A stretch of 64,000 nucleotides of DNA from Scenedesmus sp. PABB004 (Eukaryota): the NCBI GenBank assembly GCA_014905635.1, contig JABVCE010000013.1, positions 682,001-746,000 of the forward strand, written 5' to 3'. Each line of letters opens with the position of its first letter. The first letter of the stretch is position 1. Below are positions 45,639-57,858 of the stretch, in pieces. Below the pieces are notes generated by a model. The model was not told the origin of the DNA. It saw nothing but the letters and a program-made list of their open reading frames with translations, and made no database searches. The position numbers and the translations under genes were made by a program.

Positions 45639-46769
45639 CCGGGCGCCGTGGGGCGCGGGCCTGGCCGGCTGGGTGGCGGGCCACCTCGGCTGGGGCGGCG
45701 GCGGCGGCGGGCGGCGCCCCGCGGCGGCCAACGGCGGCGCCCGGGGCGGCGCCGCGCGCGCCGACAGCGGCGCCGAGTACGGGGAGTGCTTCGAGGAGGG
45801 CGGCCCCGGCTGGGCGGGCTCGGACGAGGAGGCCGGCACGCCGCACGCGGGCCGCGGCGCCGGCGCGGCGACGCCGCCCGCGCCGTGGGGCGGCACCGGC
45901 GACCGCGACGCGCACGCGCGGCCCCGCGGCGCGTCGAGGCGCAAGCCTGGCGGCGGCGGCGGCGGCGGCGGGCCGCGCGGCGCGGCCAGCCCCGACCCTG
46001 CGTTCCTCGCCGCCGGCACGATCGCGCCCAACGCGCCCGGCGCCAACCGCAAGGCGATGCCCGGCGGCCAGAAGCCCGCGACGCCCAACTGGTGCGGCCA
46101 CGCGGCGCCCACGCGGCGTCGCGGCGGCGCCTTGCACGCGCCTCTGACGCCGCTGCGCCGCTGCCGCCCGCCCGCCAGGTGCACCACCAACTACCTCGGC
46201 GTGCGCAAGCGCCCCAGCTCGCGCTTCATCGCAGAGATCCGCGACCGCCAGCAGCGCAGGGTGCGGCGCGCGCGCGCCACCGCTGCCCGCGGCGCGGGCG
46301 CAGGGCTCGCCGCGCCGCGCGCCGACGCGCGCCGCGCTCCCCGCGTGCCCCCGCGCGCCGCAGCGCATCTGGCTCGGCAGCTTCGCGACCGCCGAGGACG
46401 CGGCGCGCGCGTACGACGGCGCGGCGCGCCGGATCCGGGGCGCCGACGCGGTCGTCAACTTTCCGGACGAGGCGCGCGCTGCCGCGCCGCCGGGCAGCGC
46501 ACGCTGCGGCGGGGCCAGCGCCCGCCCCCAGCGCAGCGCTCCCACCACGCGCGCAGGTGGACAACATCGCCCCCGAGGGACTGCTGCTCAACGGCGGCCA
46601 CGGCGGCGGCGGGGGCGGCTGGCAGGCGTTTGACGACGTGAGCCCAGGCCCCGGCGGCGGCGGCGGCGGGCTGGCGGCGCTGCTCGGCGCGGTCGCGGCG
46701 GCGGAGGAGGAGCAGGACGCGGCGGCGGCGGCGGCCGGCGAGCGGGGAGACGGGCAGGCGCCCAGCTGA
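42058..46769 (+). CDS. Putative transcription/chromatin factor: NDX (nodulin homeobox) N-terminal-like helical domain, polyQ linker, C-terminal AP2/ERF domain
   Basis: AP2: [19 protein letters not shown]..|[34 protein letters not shown] (~46190-46470). N-terminal exons 42292-45090 are colinear with recalled plant NDX motifs (see findings). TGA at 46767-46769. Confidence 0.85.
42230..42283 (+). repeat. (GCC)18 microsatellite at 3' end of first intron
   Basis: Perfect GCC run just before the acceptor at 42290-42291. Confidence 0.85.
42763..42873 (+). repeat. Intronic 36-bp minisatellite, 3 copies
   Basis: Unit gggcggggcgctgcgtgctgcgcggcggcggcgggc repeated three times. Confidence 0.85.
45574..45636 (+). 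repeat. (CAG)21 polyQ tract in NDX-AP2 linker
   Basis: Perfect CAG run in the coding frame. Confidence 0.9.
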
Positions 46770-46779
46770 CGAGCGCGCC

Positions 46780-46784
46780 TGTAA
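46780..46784 (+). promoter_or_regulatory. TGTAA polyadenylation signal
   Basis: TGTAA 11 nt after the NDX-AP2 stop; the next gene starts ~200 nt later. Confidence 0.5.
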
Positions 46785-46986
46785 CAGCCGCTCCCGGCTG
46801 CGTGGAGCCGCCCCAGGCAGCTGCCCGCTCCCCTCTGCCCAGGCCGCAGCAGCAGCCCGCCCGCCAGCGGCGGCCGAGCGTCAAGCGCGCTGCTCCGCCC
46901 AAGCACCGTCCAGGCCCCGCAGCCCCACCCCTGCGCGCTCGTTCAGCCTAGATTAGCCATCGGGAGCTCGCTCGAGGCTCCCAGCC

Positions 46987-49301
46987 ATGGCGCCGGCAGC
47001 CGCGCCGACGTTTGATTCGGCACTCGTAGCGCCGCCAGCGCTCATCTACGCGGCTGGTGCGCCGCCCAACGTGTGCCTGCAGGAGCTTCCGGTGCGGCCT
47101 GGCGCTGCGCTTGCTGCTTTTTCCCGCCCGCGCCGCCGCGCCGGTCCGAGCTGACCGCGCGCGCTGCAGTTCTCGCCGATCGACCGCCACGTCGGCATCA
47201 ATCGCTGCTCCCTGCCGTGGGCGTGGCTGTTCGCCACCCCCCTCGCGCCGGCAGCCCTCGCCACCGCGCTGGCGGACGCCCTGGCCGCGCACCCGGCGCT
47301 GGCCGGCCGCGTGCGCCCGACGGGGCCGCACGACTGGGCGCTGGCGTGCTGCAACGCGGGCGTGCCGCTCGCGCTGCACGCGTCGCGCAGCAGCCTGGCG
47401 GACGTGGTGCGCAGCGGGGTGATGCGGTGCCGCCGGGGCTTTCCCTTCCCTGACGCCTCGAGCGGGGCCGCCTCGCTGCCGCGCTTCGTGGAGGTGGGCC
47501 TGCCGGCAGGCCCACAGTGTGGGGGCGCCCAGTGGGCCCCTGCGCCAGCCGCGCGCGCGTGCCTGACCGCTGACAGCCGCCGCCGCCCGCCGCCGCGTGC
47601 CAGCCGCTCGACGCAGCGGCGGTGCTCGCAGGCACGGCGCCGCTGCTGGCGGCGCGGCTCACGCAGCTCGCGGGCGGCGGATGCATCCTGGCAGTCACCG
47701 CGTCGCACGTCGCGGTCGGTGAGCTTGACGGGAGCGGGCGCTGCGCCTGCTGGGCAAGGCGCCGCTGGCCGCCGCCCGAGGCGGCTGCCGCCGACCGGGC
47801 CGCGTGCCGCCCGCCGCCGCTGCCCTGGCCCACGCAGACGGGCGCTCGCTCACTGTCTTCATGGCTGCCTGGGGCGCCGCGCACGCCGCGCGCGCCGCCG
47901 GCACCGCCCCGCGCGCGCCGCGCGCCGCGCCGCTCTGCGGCGCGCGCCTGCTGCGCGACCTCGCGGCGCGGCCGCCGCAGCCGCCGCCGCCGGCGCTCGA
48001 CGGCCCGGGCGGCCCCGGCGACGCGACGGCGACTGCGGCGGTGGCGCGCGCGGCCGCGCCCAAGGCGGCGGTCGCCGCGGCGGCGCCGCCGGCCGACCTG
48101 CCCTACAGCCCCCACCCGCTGCACGCGACGCGCGTCCTCGCGCCCGGCTGGCTGCGCGCGCTGCGGCGCGCGTGGGCGGCGGGGCTGCAGCTGCGGGCCG
48201 AGGCGCGCTGCGCACAGCAGGCCTGGGCCGCGCCGGCGCGGGCGCGCGGCGTGAGCACCGAGCTGCTGCACATCCCAGACGCGGCGCTGCGCGGCCTCAA
48301 GGTGGGGGGACAGCTGCCGGCGCGGGCGCGGGCGCAGGGCGCACGGCGTCGCACGCCGGCCGTCTCAGCCCGCGCGCACACGGGCCGCCGCCGCCAGGCC
48401 ACCGCGAGCGCGCTGTGCGGCGAGGGGCAGTGGGTGTCCACCAACGACGCGCTCACGGCCCTGGTGTGGGTGCTCTGCTGCGCGCTGCGCGGCCGCCCCC
48501 TGCCGGGCCAGCCCCGCCCGCCGGGCCGGCTGCGGGAGAGCTGCGTCGGCATCGCCCTCGACCTGCGCACCGCGGCCGCGCCCACGCCGGCCAGCGTGCC
48601 CGGCGGCGGCGAGGGTGGTGAGGGCGGGCTGCCGCTGAGCTGGTTTGGCTCCGCGGCCTGGTCGGTGCACGTGCGCGCGTGCGCGGCCGACGGCGCGGCG
48701 AGCGAGCTTCCGGGCGGCTGCCTCGCCGCGCCCTGGCGCCCGGACACGCCGCCCGAGGCCTGGGCGGCGCTGTGCGGCGATGGCGAGGCGCTCGCGCGCT
48801 CGCTCGCGGCGGGCGCGGCGCGCGTCCGCGGCGCGCTTTCGGCGGTGCGCCGCGAGCCCGGCCTTGCCGGCGCGCTGCTGCGGCAGGTGGAGGACAGCAT
48901 CGCCGCGCCGCCGTCGGCGCAGCTGGCGATGGCCGCGTCGCTCGTCCACAGGTCGTCCGCGCGTGGGCGCTGATGGCTGCCGGCTGCGCGCTGCCGCCCG
49001 GCTGCCGAGGCCCCGCGCCGTCGCGTGCGTTGACCGCAGGCTCGACGCGTTTGTGACGAGCTGGCTGCAGTTTCCCATCCTGACGGACGTGGCGTTTGGC
49101 GGCGCGCCACTGGCGTTCATGGGCTGCGTGCAACCGGTCCCGCCGTTTCACGCTGCGATCATGCCCGCGCCGCCGGGCGACGGCGGCGTGTGGTGCTGGC
49201 TGAGCGTGCCGAGCGGCCTCGTTCCGGCGATGGCCGGCTCGCACGTGCTGCGCGCGCTCGTGCCGGGCGCGGCCTGGCTGTCGGCGCCGTGCGCGGCGTG
49301 A
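46987..49301 (+). CDS. BAHD/CoA-dependent acyltransferase (Transferase family)
   Basis: ALADALAAHPALAGRV, CCNAGVP, PLLAARLTQLAGGGCILAVTASHVAV|DGRSLTVFMAAW (HxxxD split by an intron), VSTNDALTALVW, VTSW..DVAFGG.P (degenerate DFGWG). Confidence 0.85.
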
Positions 49302-49560
49302 GGCGCGAGGCGCGCGCGGCCGGGCGCCGCGTTGCATGGCTCACGTGCGCACCGCCCTCCTGCCCTCGTACAGCGATCCAGTGCACGTACAAAGAATGGC
49401 TCACGCGAGCGCGCTTGAGTTGAAGTGACCAACAGAGTTGACCGATCGCCCGGCAGGGCGGCCCCGCGCCCGCGCTGCCGCAATCCAAGAGATGGCCGAG
49501 TCCCAAGGCAGCCGGCGCCGGCTGGCATTTTCATTGACCGCAGCCCGCGCCGGGTCCGGG

Positions 49561-52500
49561 TCAGCCGTGCTCGACGGCGCCGCCGCCGCCGCCTGCGCCC
49601 GCCGTCCAGGGGCCGGCGCTCCACGCGAGGCTCAGCGCGCTGCCCAGCGCGATGCCGACGTCCAGCTGTATCGCCAGCAGCGACTCGACCTGGGCGGGGT
49701 GCACGGGCGGCGCGGGCGGGCGTCAGCGGTTGCCGCGACGTCGCGCGGTCGACCGCGCGCGCAGGGCCGGCAAGTCGGCACACGCGCGCGCCGGCGCGGG
49801 CGGCGCAGGCGTGCGCGGGCGCACGATGAAGGCGTCGTCCGGGTTGTGGCCGTCGCAGGCGAGGCTGAAGATCATGGCCTCGTACCTGCGCGACGACGGG
49901 CGGGGCACGGTCGGGCGGTGCGGTGCGGTCCAGGCGGCGGCCACGGGGCCCAGGCAGCGCGCGCGCCCTCCTGGGCGGCGCGCACCACGCGCTCAGGGAG
50001 AGCAGGAAGGTCAGCGGGAAGAGGACCAGCGGCCCCGCGCGCAGCCAGACCGCGGCCGCAAACGCAGCGAGGAAGAGGAGCAGGCGGGCCGCCGCGATGG
50101 CCATCACCGTCGCCTGCGGCCGCCGCGGGCGCCACACTGCGCGGCGCGGCAGCGGGGCGGGCGGGCGGCCGCCGTGGGCGCGCGCAGCCTCGGCGCGGCG
50201 CGTGTCGGCGGCTGGTCGACGCGCGCAGACTCACCGGGCAGCAGCTTCCCGGTGAGGTCGCCGCAGCCGTAGGTCGCCACGAGGAGCAGGCTGTACCAGC
50301 TGCCCAGGCGCGCCGGCTGCGGCGGCGGCGCGGGCGGGCGGCGCGGCGCGCGTCGACGTCGGCCGCCGCACCGCACCGCAGTCGCCGCACCGCGGGCGCT
50401 GCGGTGCCGCCGGCTGCGGGCTCGGATTTGAGCTTCCAGTTCAGACCGCACCACTACAGCAAAGGTGATGAAGGCAGGAAAGACGCTGTAGTTGGCTGTG
50501 TAGGTCAGGACTGTGGCCAGCACGTAGCACGCGTTGCCCCGCAGCGCGCGCCAGTTGGCCGCCCACACCGAGCCGTGTGCGTAGCGCGGCTCCGCCGGCG
50601 CGAGCGTGAGCGCCTGCGCGGCGCGGCGGCGGCGGCCGCGGCGGGGCGGTGAGCGGCGCGCGAGCGGCGCGCGCGGGCCGCCGAGCACCCGGCGCCCTGC
50701 GCCCTGGTCCCGTGCGCGCCTTGCTGAGCGCGCTCTCCAGCATGTGGCCCGCGAGGCCGCAGCTCGCGGCGCTGCTGAGCTGGCGCGTGGTGAGGCCGAG
50801 GTGCGCCGAGCCGGCGCGCGCGGGGCGCGGCCAGGCGGCCGGGGCCTTGCTGCCGGCGGCGGCCGAGAGGTCCGACAGGGGCGCCTTGCAGGAGAACGAG
50901 GCGTCCAGCGGGAGGTGCGCCAGCTGGTCAAACGGCGAGCCCTGCCGCGCCGGCGGCGCGCGCGCCGCGCAGATGGTCAGCGCCGCGTCGGCGTCGCCGC
51001 TGCCGAGCGCCGCGGAGCTCCGCGGGCTGCCGGCGTCCAGCGGGACGTGTGCGAGCTGGCCAAAGGGCGACCCGACGCCGCCGCCAGCGCCTGTGCCGAG
51101 CGGCACCTGCGCGAGCTGCACAAACGGCGACGCCACCGGCTGCTGCTGCTGCTGCCCCGGCGGCGGCCTGCTGCTGATGACGCCTGTGGCGAAGCAGTAC
51201 TCGTCCGTGGGCACGCGCTGCAGCGCGGCGGCCCCCGAGCCGCCCTGCTGGCTGCCGCGGCTGCTGCTGCGGCCGCAGCCGCCACCGGGCTGCTCGCGCC
51301 GCTGCGCCGGCGCCTGAAACGGCGACGCCGTTGTGGCGGGCGGCGGCGGCGGAGCCGCCTGCTGGTCAGGCTGCTGCTGGTCTCGCCGCCGCCGTCGCCG
51401 CCGCCGCCGCCGCTCCTTTGATGAAGCCTCTGCTAACTGCTGCTGCTGCTGCTGCTCCTGCTGCTGCTCCTGGTCCTGCTGGTCCTGCTGCTGCGACAGC
51501 TCCGCCGACTGCTGCTCCCGCGCCCGCTCGTCCTGGCGCCGCTGCCAGTCCTGCAGGTGCGCCGCCTCGCGCTGCTTGACCCACTCCTCCTTGCGCGGCC
51601 GCGGCGCGGCGCCCCAGCCCCAGCCCCAGCCGCCGGCGCCCGCGCCAGCGCCACCGGCGGTTGCGCCGCTGCGCGGCAGCGGCACGACGGCCACGTTTGC
51701 GTCCGCGCTGCTGCTGAGGTCGTCGTCGGAGTAGCGGGACGCAAAGTGGGTGGTGCAGATGGAGCTGCCGCCGTCGGCCTCGTCGCAGCTGCCGCCGCTG
51801 CTGTCTGACGCGTCATCAGAGGCCGCGGAGCTGCTGCCGCTGCGGCTGCTGCCGCTGCAGCTGCCGCTGCCGCCGCCGCCGCTGCTGCGGCTGCTGCTCG
51901 TGCCGTCGTCGCAGCCGTAGGTGAGGCTGCTGCTCGCGCCGCGGCCGAGGCTGCCGCTGCGGCCGGCCGCGGGCGGGAAGACGCCCGACTCCAGGTCGTC
52001 GCCCTCGTCGCCCTCGACGATGCTGTCCACGGTGGGCGCGTAGTGCGCGCGCTGGCGGTGGACGCTGAGGTCGAGCCCCTGCCACGCGTCGCGCTCGCCG
52101 CCGCTGCCCGCGGGCGAGCCCGGGCTCGCGTGCCCGCCGCCGCGCGGCGTGCCGAGCCCCGCCGCCGCGAGCGCCGCGAGCCAGCCGCTGCCGGCAGAGC
52201 CCTGGCGCCCGAGCGCGCCGGAGCCGGCGCGGTGCAGCGCGCCGCCGCCGGCGCCGCCCTTGGCCGCGCTGGCGAGGCCGGGGATGTCGAGCTGGAGCCC
52301 AGCCAGCGCGTCGTGGAGCATCGACGCGCGGCCCAGCGCCGCGCCAGGGCCCCAGCCGCCCACCGAGCCGCGCCGGCCGCCCAGGCCGAGCCCGCCCGGC
52401 ATGGTCGCCGCTGACTCGAGCACGCCGAGGCTGGCCATGCGGTCCAGCGCGCCCGCGGCCGCGCCGACGCGGAGCTGCGCCGGCGACAGGCCCGTGTGCA

Positions 52501-53813
52501 CGCGCTTGACCACGATGGGCGTGCCCCGCATGCTCACCGGCAGGCTCAGCGTGAGCGACAGCCCGCGCGCGAGGCTCGGCGCGCCGTGCGGGCCGAGCCC
52601 CGCCGCCGCCGCCGCCGCGCCGCGCCCGGCCTCGAGGTCGTGCGCGAAGCGCGCCGCAGCCGCGCCGCCCGCGCCGTCGCTGAAACCGCCGCCGCCGCCG
52701 CCGCCGCCGCCGAGCGTGGGGATGAGCGGGAGGACGCCGAGCTCGTCGTCGTACCTGCCGCCGCCGCCGCCGCCGCCGCGCGCCGCCGTCGCGACGGCGG
52801 GCAGCACAACGCGCACGTACGCTGCCAGCCCGACGAGCAGGACGCCCGCGGCGGCGCAGAAGTAGGCGACGATGGAGAGGCGCAGCCCCTCGAGCGTGCG
52901 CGGCAGCGAGGCCTTGAGAACGATGCGCAGCGCGGCGAGCAGCGGCATCACGCCCGACGTGCCCGCGACGAGCGCCTGCGGGTGCGCGGGTGCACGTGCG
53001 CACGTCAGTGCGCTCACGTGGACGGCGGCGAGGCGCGCGGGGGCGCGCGCCCCCCTTCCTGCCTGCCGCTCACGTGCGCCGCCGTGGGGCCGAGCACCGC
53101 CGCCTCGCCAAACACCGCGCCGACGGCGACGCCGTCGAGGGCGCCGTTGAGCGTGACGACGCCGAGCAGCGCGCCCAGCGCGTGCGCCGGCGGCGACGCG
53201 GCGTCGCGGCCGACGATGACCCTGTCCCACTGCGGGGCGGTCGCGTCGGCGCGGTGAGGCGGAGAGCCCGCCGCGCCTGCCGGGCGCCCCCGCAGCACTG
53301 CCGCGGCGGCTCACCAGCACGACGAACGCCATGAGGCACGCGACGCACACGTGCCGGCCCTGGATGCGCGCTGCGCGGCTGACCGGCAGCCGGCTGTCGG
53401 CGAGGTGGCACGCCACCTGCAGCGCGACGAACGCGACCTCATAGCAGACGGTGAGCTTGACCGCGACCTGCGCGCCCGGGAAGGCCTGCGGCGGCGGCGG
53501 GCGGTGGGCGGCGGCGTGGGCGGGCCGCCTGGCCGTGCGGCCGCCGGCGCAGCACGCTGGCCGCGGCTGCGGCGGCGCGCCTGCTCGTAAAAGTCGACTC
53601 CCAGCGTGTAGCTGCTGATGGGAGTGAACAGGGACACCTGCGTGAGCCCAGTCGGGCGCGGCGGGCCCAGGCCGCTCGGTCCCAGAGGCGGCATCTGCTG
53701 CCCGCCCTCTGCCCGCTCGTTGGCGCCGCTGCAGGCCCTGCGCGCGCGGCCGAGCGCCAGTACTACCCCAAGCCTACCCCGATCACGAAGCACGCGAGCC
53801 ATAGCGAGCGCAT
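49561..53813 (-). CDS. Equilibrative nucleoside transporter (ENT) with a very long central loop
   Basis: LWLACFVIG|VSLFTPISSYTLGVDFYEQ|AFPG, GALDGVAVGAVFGEAA, ALVAGTSG..LRIVLKASLP..GLRLS..YF, TYTANYSVFPAF, SWYSLLLVATYGCGDLTGKLLP, VGIALGSALSLAW. TGA at 49561. Confidence 0.85.
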
Positions 53814-54155
53814 GCCCCGGGCCGGCGGCCCCGGTGCCGGCCGGCACAGCGCCCGCTGCCGCTGCTCCCGCGGCCGATGGGCGCCGCGCTTAGCGCCTTG
53901 ACATCCCCGGGAGCTCGATCAGCGGCGCCGCTGGCCTCGCGGAAGCCCATTCGCGCGGAGGACTGGCCAGCCGCGCCGGGAGCTTCGCCGCCGCAGGCCG
54001 CGCGGGCTGGAGCAGCGGCGGCCAGCGCGGCTCGTCACCGCCAGGCGCGCACAGCCTGCACGCATCTCGCACGCCCCTCCGCGCCCACGCCCGGCGGCGG
54101 CCGCGCGCGCCGGCCCGTGGGTGACGCTGCCGCGCGCACGGCCGGCACGCGAGCG

Positions 54156-57100
54156 TCAGTACAGCCCGCCGAGCAGGTTGTGGGCGCGCGCGCGCAGGCT
54201 GGAGATGGTGTAGTTGTAGGCCTGCCCGCCGGCGCGCGGGTGCCACACAAACGCGGGCCAGTGGCGCGCGAGGCCGGCGCGCAGCGCCGCGTACTCGGCC
54301 GGCTTGATGGCCGCCAGCACGGCCGACACGTGCGGCAGGCGCGCCTTGGGCAGGCGCACACTGAACTCGTGGTACGGCAGCTGGTCCTGGTACGGCTGGT
54401 GCACGCCGTCCTGCGCGGCGCGCGCGGAGCCGGGCCAGCAGAGCGCGGCGCGCGTCGGCCGGCGCGGGCAACGGCGCGGGCGCGCGGGCCCCCTGCTCCA
54501 CCCCGGCGCCGCCCGCGGGCCGTCGCCGCGCCGCGCGGCGCCGCGCCTGCACGATGACGGGGACGCAGCCGAGCACGACGTACAGCCCCAGCGTGTTGCC
54601 CCAGCCGTGGCCCCAGGGCGCGAGGCAGAACTTGCTGCTGCGCGCGAGCTGCTTGAAGTCGGGCAGCTTGGGGTTGTCGCTGATCAGCACGTCGGGGCCG
54701 AGCTTGCCCGCCTTGAACAGCCGCCACAGCTCCTGCGGCGGCGCGTGCGCGCGTGCATGCGTGCATGAGAGGCGGCGCGGCGCGGGAGGGCGGGCGGCGG
54801 CGGCGCCGGCGCGGCCGCGCGCGCGCCTGGCGCACGCCGCCGCTGTGCTCCGGGCGGTCGCGGTTGATCGCGCCGGCGAAGAAGAGCAGGCGGCCCGACG
54901 GCACGGTGGCGGGGTCAAACGCCGCGTACGTCTCCTTTGCGAGCGCCTCCTGGCCGGCAAAGTAGGGCGCCGCGACGACGTCGCGCAGCGGCACGTGGCA
55001 CGCCGCGCCGCGGCGGGGCATGAGCGCAAAGTCGCCCGGCAGGCCGCCGTCCGGCGCGGCGTAGCCAAAGTGGGTGACCTTGATCGGTCCCCCGAGCAGC
55101 GGGTCGGCCGGGTCGATCCAGCACGCGCCGCTGCGGCGCGCGCGGTCGACGCGCAGCGGCGGGGTGGCGGGGAGGCCCCGCGTGAGCGACCGGACACGCA
55201 GCGCCCTGGTGCTCCCCGGTCCCCGCCCGCAACCAACACGCCGCCGGCGCCGGAGGCGGCCGCGCCGGCCCGCCCCCCGCGCGCCGCGCGGCGTGCGGCC
55301 TGCGTGCCCACCGGTCGTTGGGCAGCCAGAAAAAGTGGTCCTTGCCGGACGTGCGGTTGAAAAAGGGGTGCGCGCCCGCGACCCAGGTCATCACGCGGCG
55401 CAGGTGCTCCGTGACGTCACCGTTGGCCGCGCTGTACGCGTAGCTGAGCGCGGGGACGTAGAAGAGGCTCGCCTCCCTGCGCACAGGGGGCGCGCGGCGC
55501 GTGCGTTGTGTGCGTTGCATTGCGAGCAGCCGGCGGCAGGGGCGCGCAGGGGCGGCGCGCGGGCCCGCGCCGTGCCGCGCCGCACCAGGGGTTTTCTGTG
55601 CGCACGGCCCAGTCGGCCATGAATCCGCTGATGAATCCCTTGTAGGCAATGTAGCCGGGGTCGTGCCCTGGCCAGCCGGCACCGCGGCGGGGCCGGGAGG
55701 CAGGGAGGTGAGCGGACGTCGAGCCGTTTGCGGGAAGGGCGAGCGAGGGAGGGCGGGAGGGGGACGGGCGGGCCCGTCGGCCGCCGCCGGGGCGCCGCTG
55801 GCCAGCGCCGGGGCAGCCCCGCGCCGCGGCGCGCCGCGCGGCGCCGCACCCTGGAAGCCGACGAAGCGCTCCATGTCGAACGCAAGGTGCGTGGGCAGCT
55901 CGTACGCATACACGCGCAGCGCCGTGACCGAGCTGTGCGCGTTGTGCGGCGCGTACGCGCGCGCGCGGCTGCAGTCGCGCCCCCAGAAGCCCGGCTGGCA
56001 GTGGCAGAACCCGCCGCGGCAGACGCCGCGCCCGAGGCACTGGTTCAGGCAGGACGCCTTGTGCACCTGCGGCGTGCGCGCGGCGCGGCGTCGGCGTCGG
56101 CGTCGGCGGGGGCCGCCCGCGGCCGCGCGCGGCGCCGCTGCCGGTCGGGTCCTGCCCGGCGGGCGCGGGCGCACCTGCTCGCACTGCTCGCCGGCGTAGC
56201 CCTGCCAGCAGAGGCAGCGCGGCGCCGCGGTCGCGGCCTTCACGCACTGCCCCCGCCACATGCAGGACGCGGGGCAGCGCGCCAGCGGCAGCGCGACCAT
56301 GTCCGCCTCGCCCTGCGCGAGCGCCTTGACCTGCGGGCGGCGCCGACCGCGGCGGGCGGCGGCGGTCGGCGGCGGGCAGGCCCCGCGCCTGCGCGCCTGC
56401 GCGCGCGCCCCTCCGCGCCGCGCGCCCCCACTGCGCTCACCGCGGTCGCCTGCTGGCGGGTGAGGCCCTCGCGCTGGAGGTCGTCGCGGATGCCCCTGAA
56501 CCAGCGCACGCCCCCGCCGCGCTCCTCGGCCTCGCTCGGCACGTCCGAGTAGACCGCGCCGCGCGCGACGCGCTTGCCGCCGCCGCCGCCGCCCTTGGCG
56601 CCGCCGCCGGCCGGCACGAGGCGCTCGAAGCAGCGCACGAACCAGGGGTCGCGCGGCGTCTCGCACTTGCCGCGGTTGGGGCAGAAGAACGCCCGGCACT
56701 GGCGCAGGCACTCGCAGGAGCGCGGCATGCGGTCGCCGCAGTGCATCTCGGTCGCGTTGGCGGCCATCTTGCAGGCCGGGAACATCTCCTTGTTGCACAG
56801 CGGGCCGTAGTAGCCAAACGGGCACTCGCACCTGGCGCGCCGCCGCCGCCGCGGCCGCAGGGGCGCCGGGAGAGAGGGGCGTGGGCGCGCCCGCAGGCCC
56901 CCGCCGCGGCCCAGCCCCGCGCGCCGGCAGCGCCGCGCCGGCGCCCGCGCCACACGCGTCGTGCGCCCGCGCGCGCGCCGCGCGCGCACCGGCCCTCCTC
57001 GGCGTTGCAGTTGCCGCGCAGCTCGCAGCCGGGCGTGCACTTCTTGGCCGCCGCCGCCGCCGCCGCGGCCGCGCGCGCGTCGACGTAGTCCGGGTCCATC

Positions 57101-57390
57101 TCCTTGCTCACGGGCCCGGGGCCCCGGCCGGCCGCGCCCGGCGGCCGCGGCGCGCCGGCGCGGCCGCCGCCGCCGCGCGGCGCGCCGGCGCCGCCGCCCC
57201 AGACCACGAGCGTGCCCGCACCGCCGCCGCCGGGCGCGTCGAGCGCGTGCAGCACGAGCGCGACGGCCGTCGCGACGGTGCAGGCGCCGAGGGCGAGCAG
57301 GGCGTAGAGCACGAGGCGCCGCGCGCGCGCGAGCCTGGCCGCCGCGCCCGGCGGCGGCGCGGGGCGGGCCTTGCCGCGCGGCGAGCCCAT
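54156..57390 (-). CDS. Exostosin-family (GT47) glycosyltransferase with N-terminal TM anchor and EGF-like Cys-rich repeats
   Basis: Type II anchor LVLYALLALGACTVATAVALVL; CELRGNCNAEEGR|CECPFGYYGPLC; CLNQCLGRGVCRGGFCHCQPGFWGRDCS; VYAYELP; RTENP..ASLFYVP; PFFNRTSGKDHFF; SKFCLAPWGHGWG; LGCVPVIVQ|DGVHQPY. Confidence 0.93.
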
Positions 57391-57858
57391 CGCGGCCGCC
57401 CGCCGCGGCGGCTCACGCCGAGCGCGCCAGCGTGCCGCCTGCGGCGCGCCCGCGCAGTGGGGCACCGACGAGCGGCCCTGCGCGCCTGCGCCACCGGCGG
57501 CAGCAGCGGCGGCAGCAGCGGCGGCGGCGGCAGAGCGGTGAGCGCGGGGCCGCGGCCGGGCACCAGCGCACGGCCGACTGCCTCCCACGCACGCCGCGCG
57601 GCCCCGCACGGCCCCGAGCGACGCCTGTGCGCGGCAGTGCGCACCGCACCGGTGCGCAAAGGGGTCTGCTCGCAGGCGCCTGGCAGGCCGGTTCGGGCGC
57701 CGCGCTCCGCGAAATGCAATCAGCAATTTCACCCGCGATCGCGCGGTCCTCGCGCTTGCCCTTGAGCGCCCGGGCGGGCGCGGTGGGCTGGGCGCGCGCG
57801 GGCCCGCTCTCGCTGCTGGCGCGCGGCTGAGCTCAACGGCGATGCGCGTTGGTCGCAG

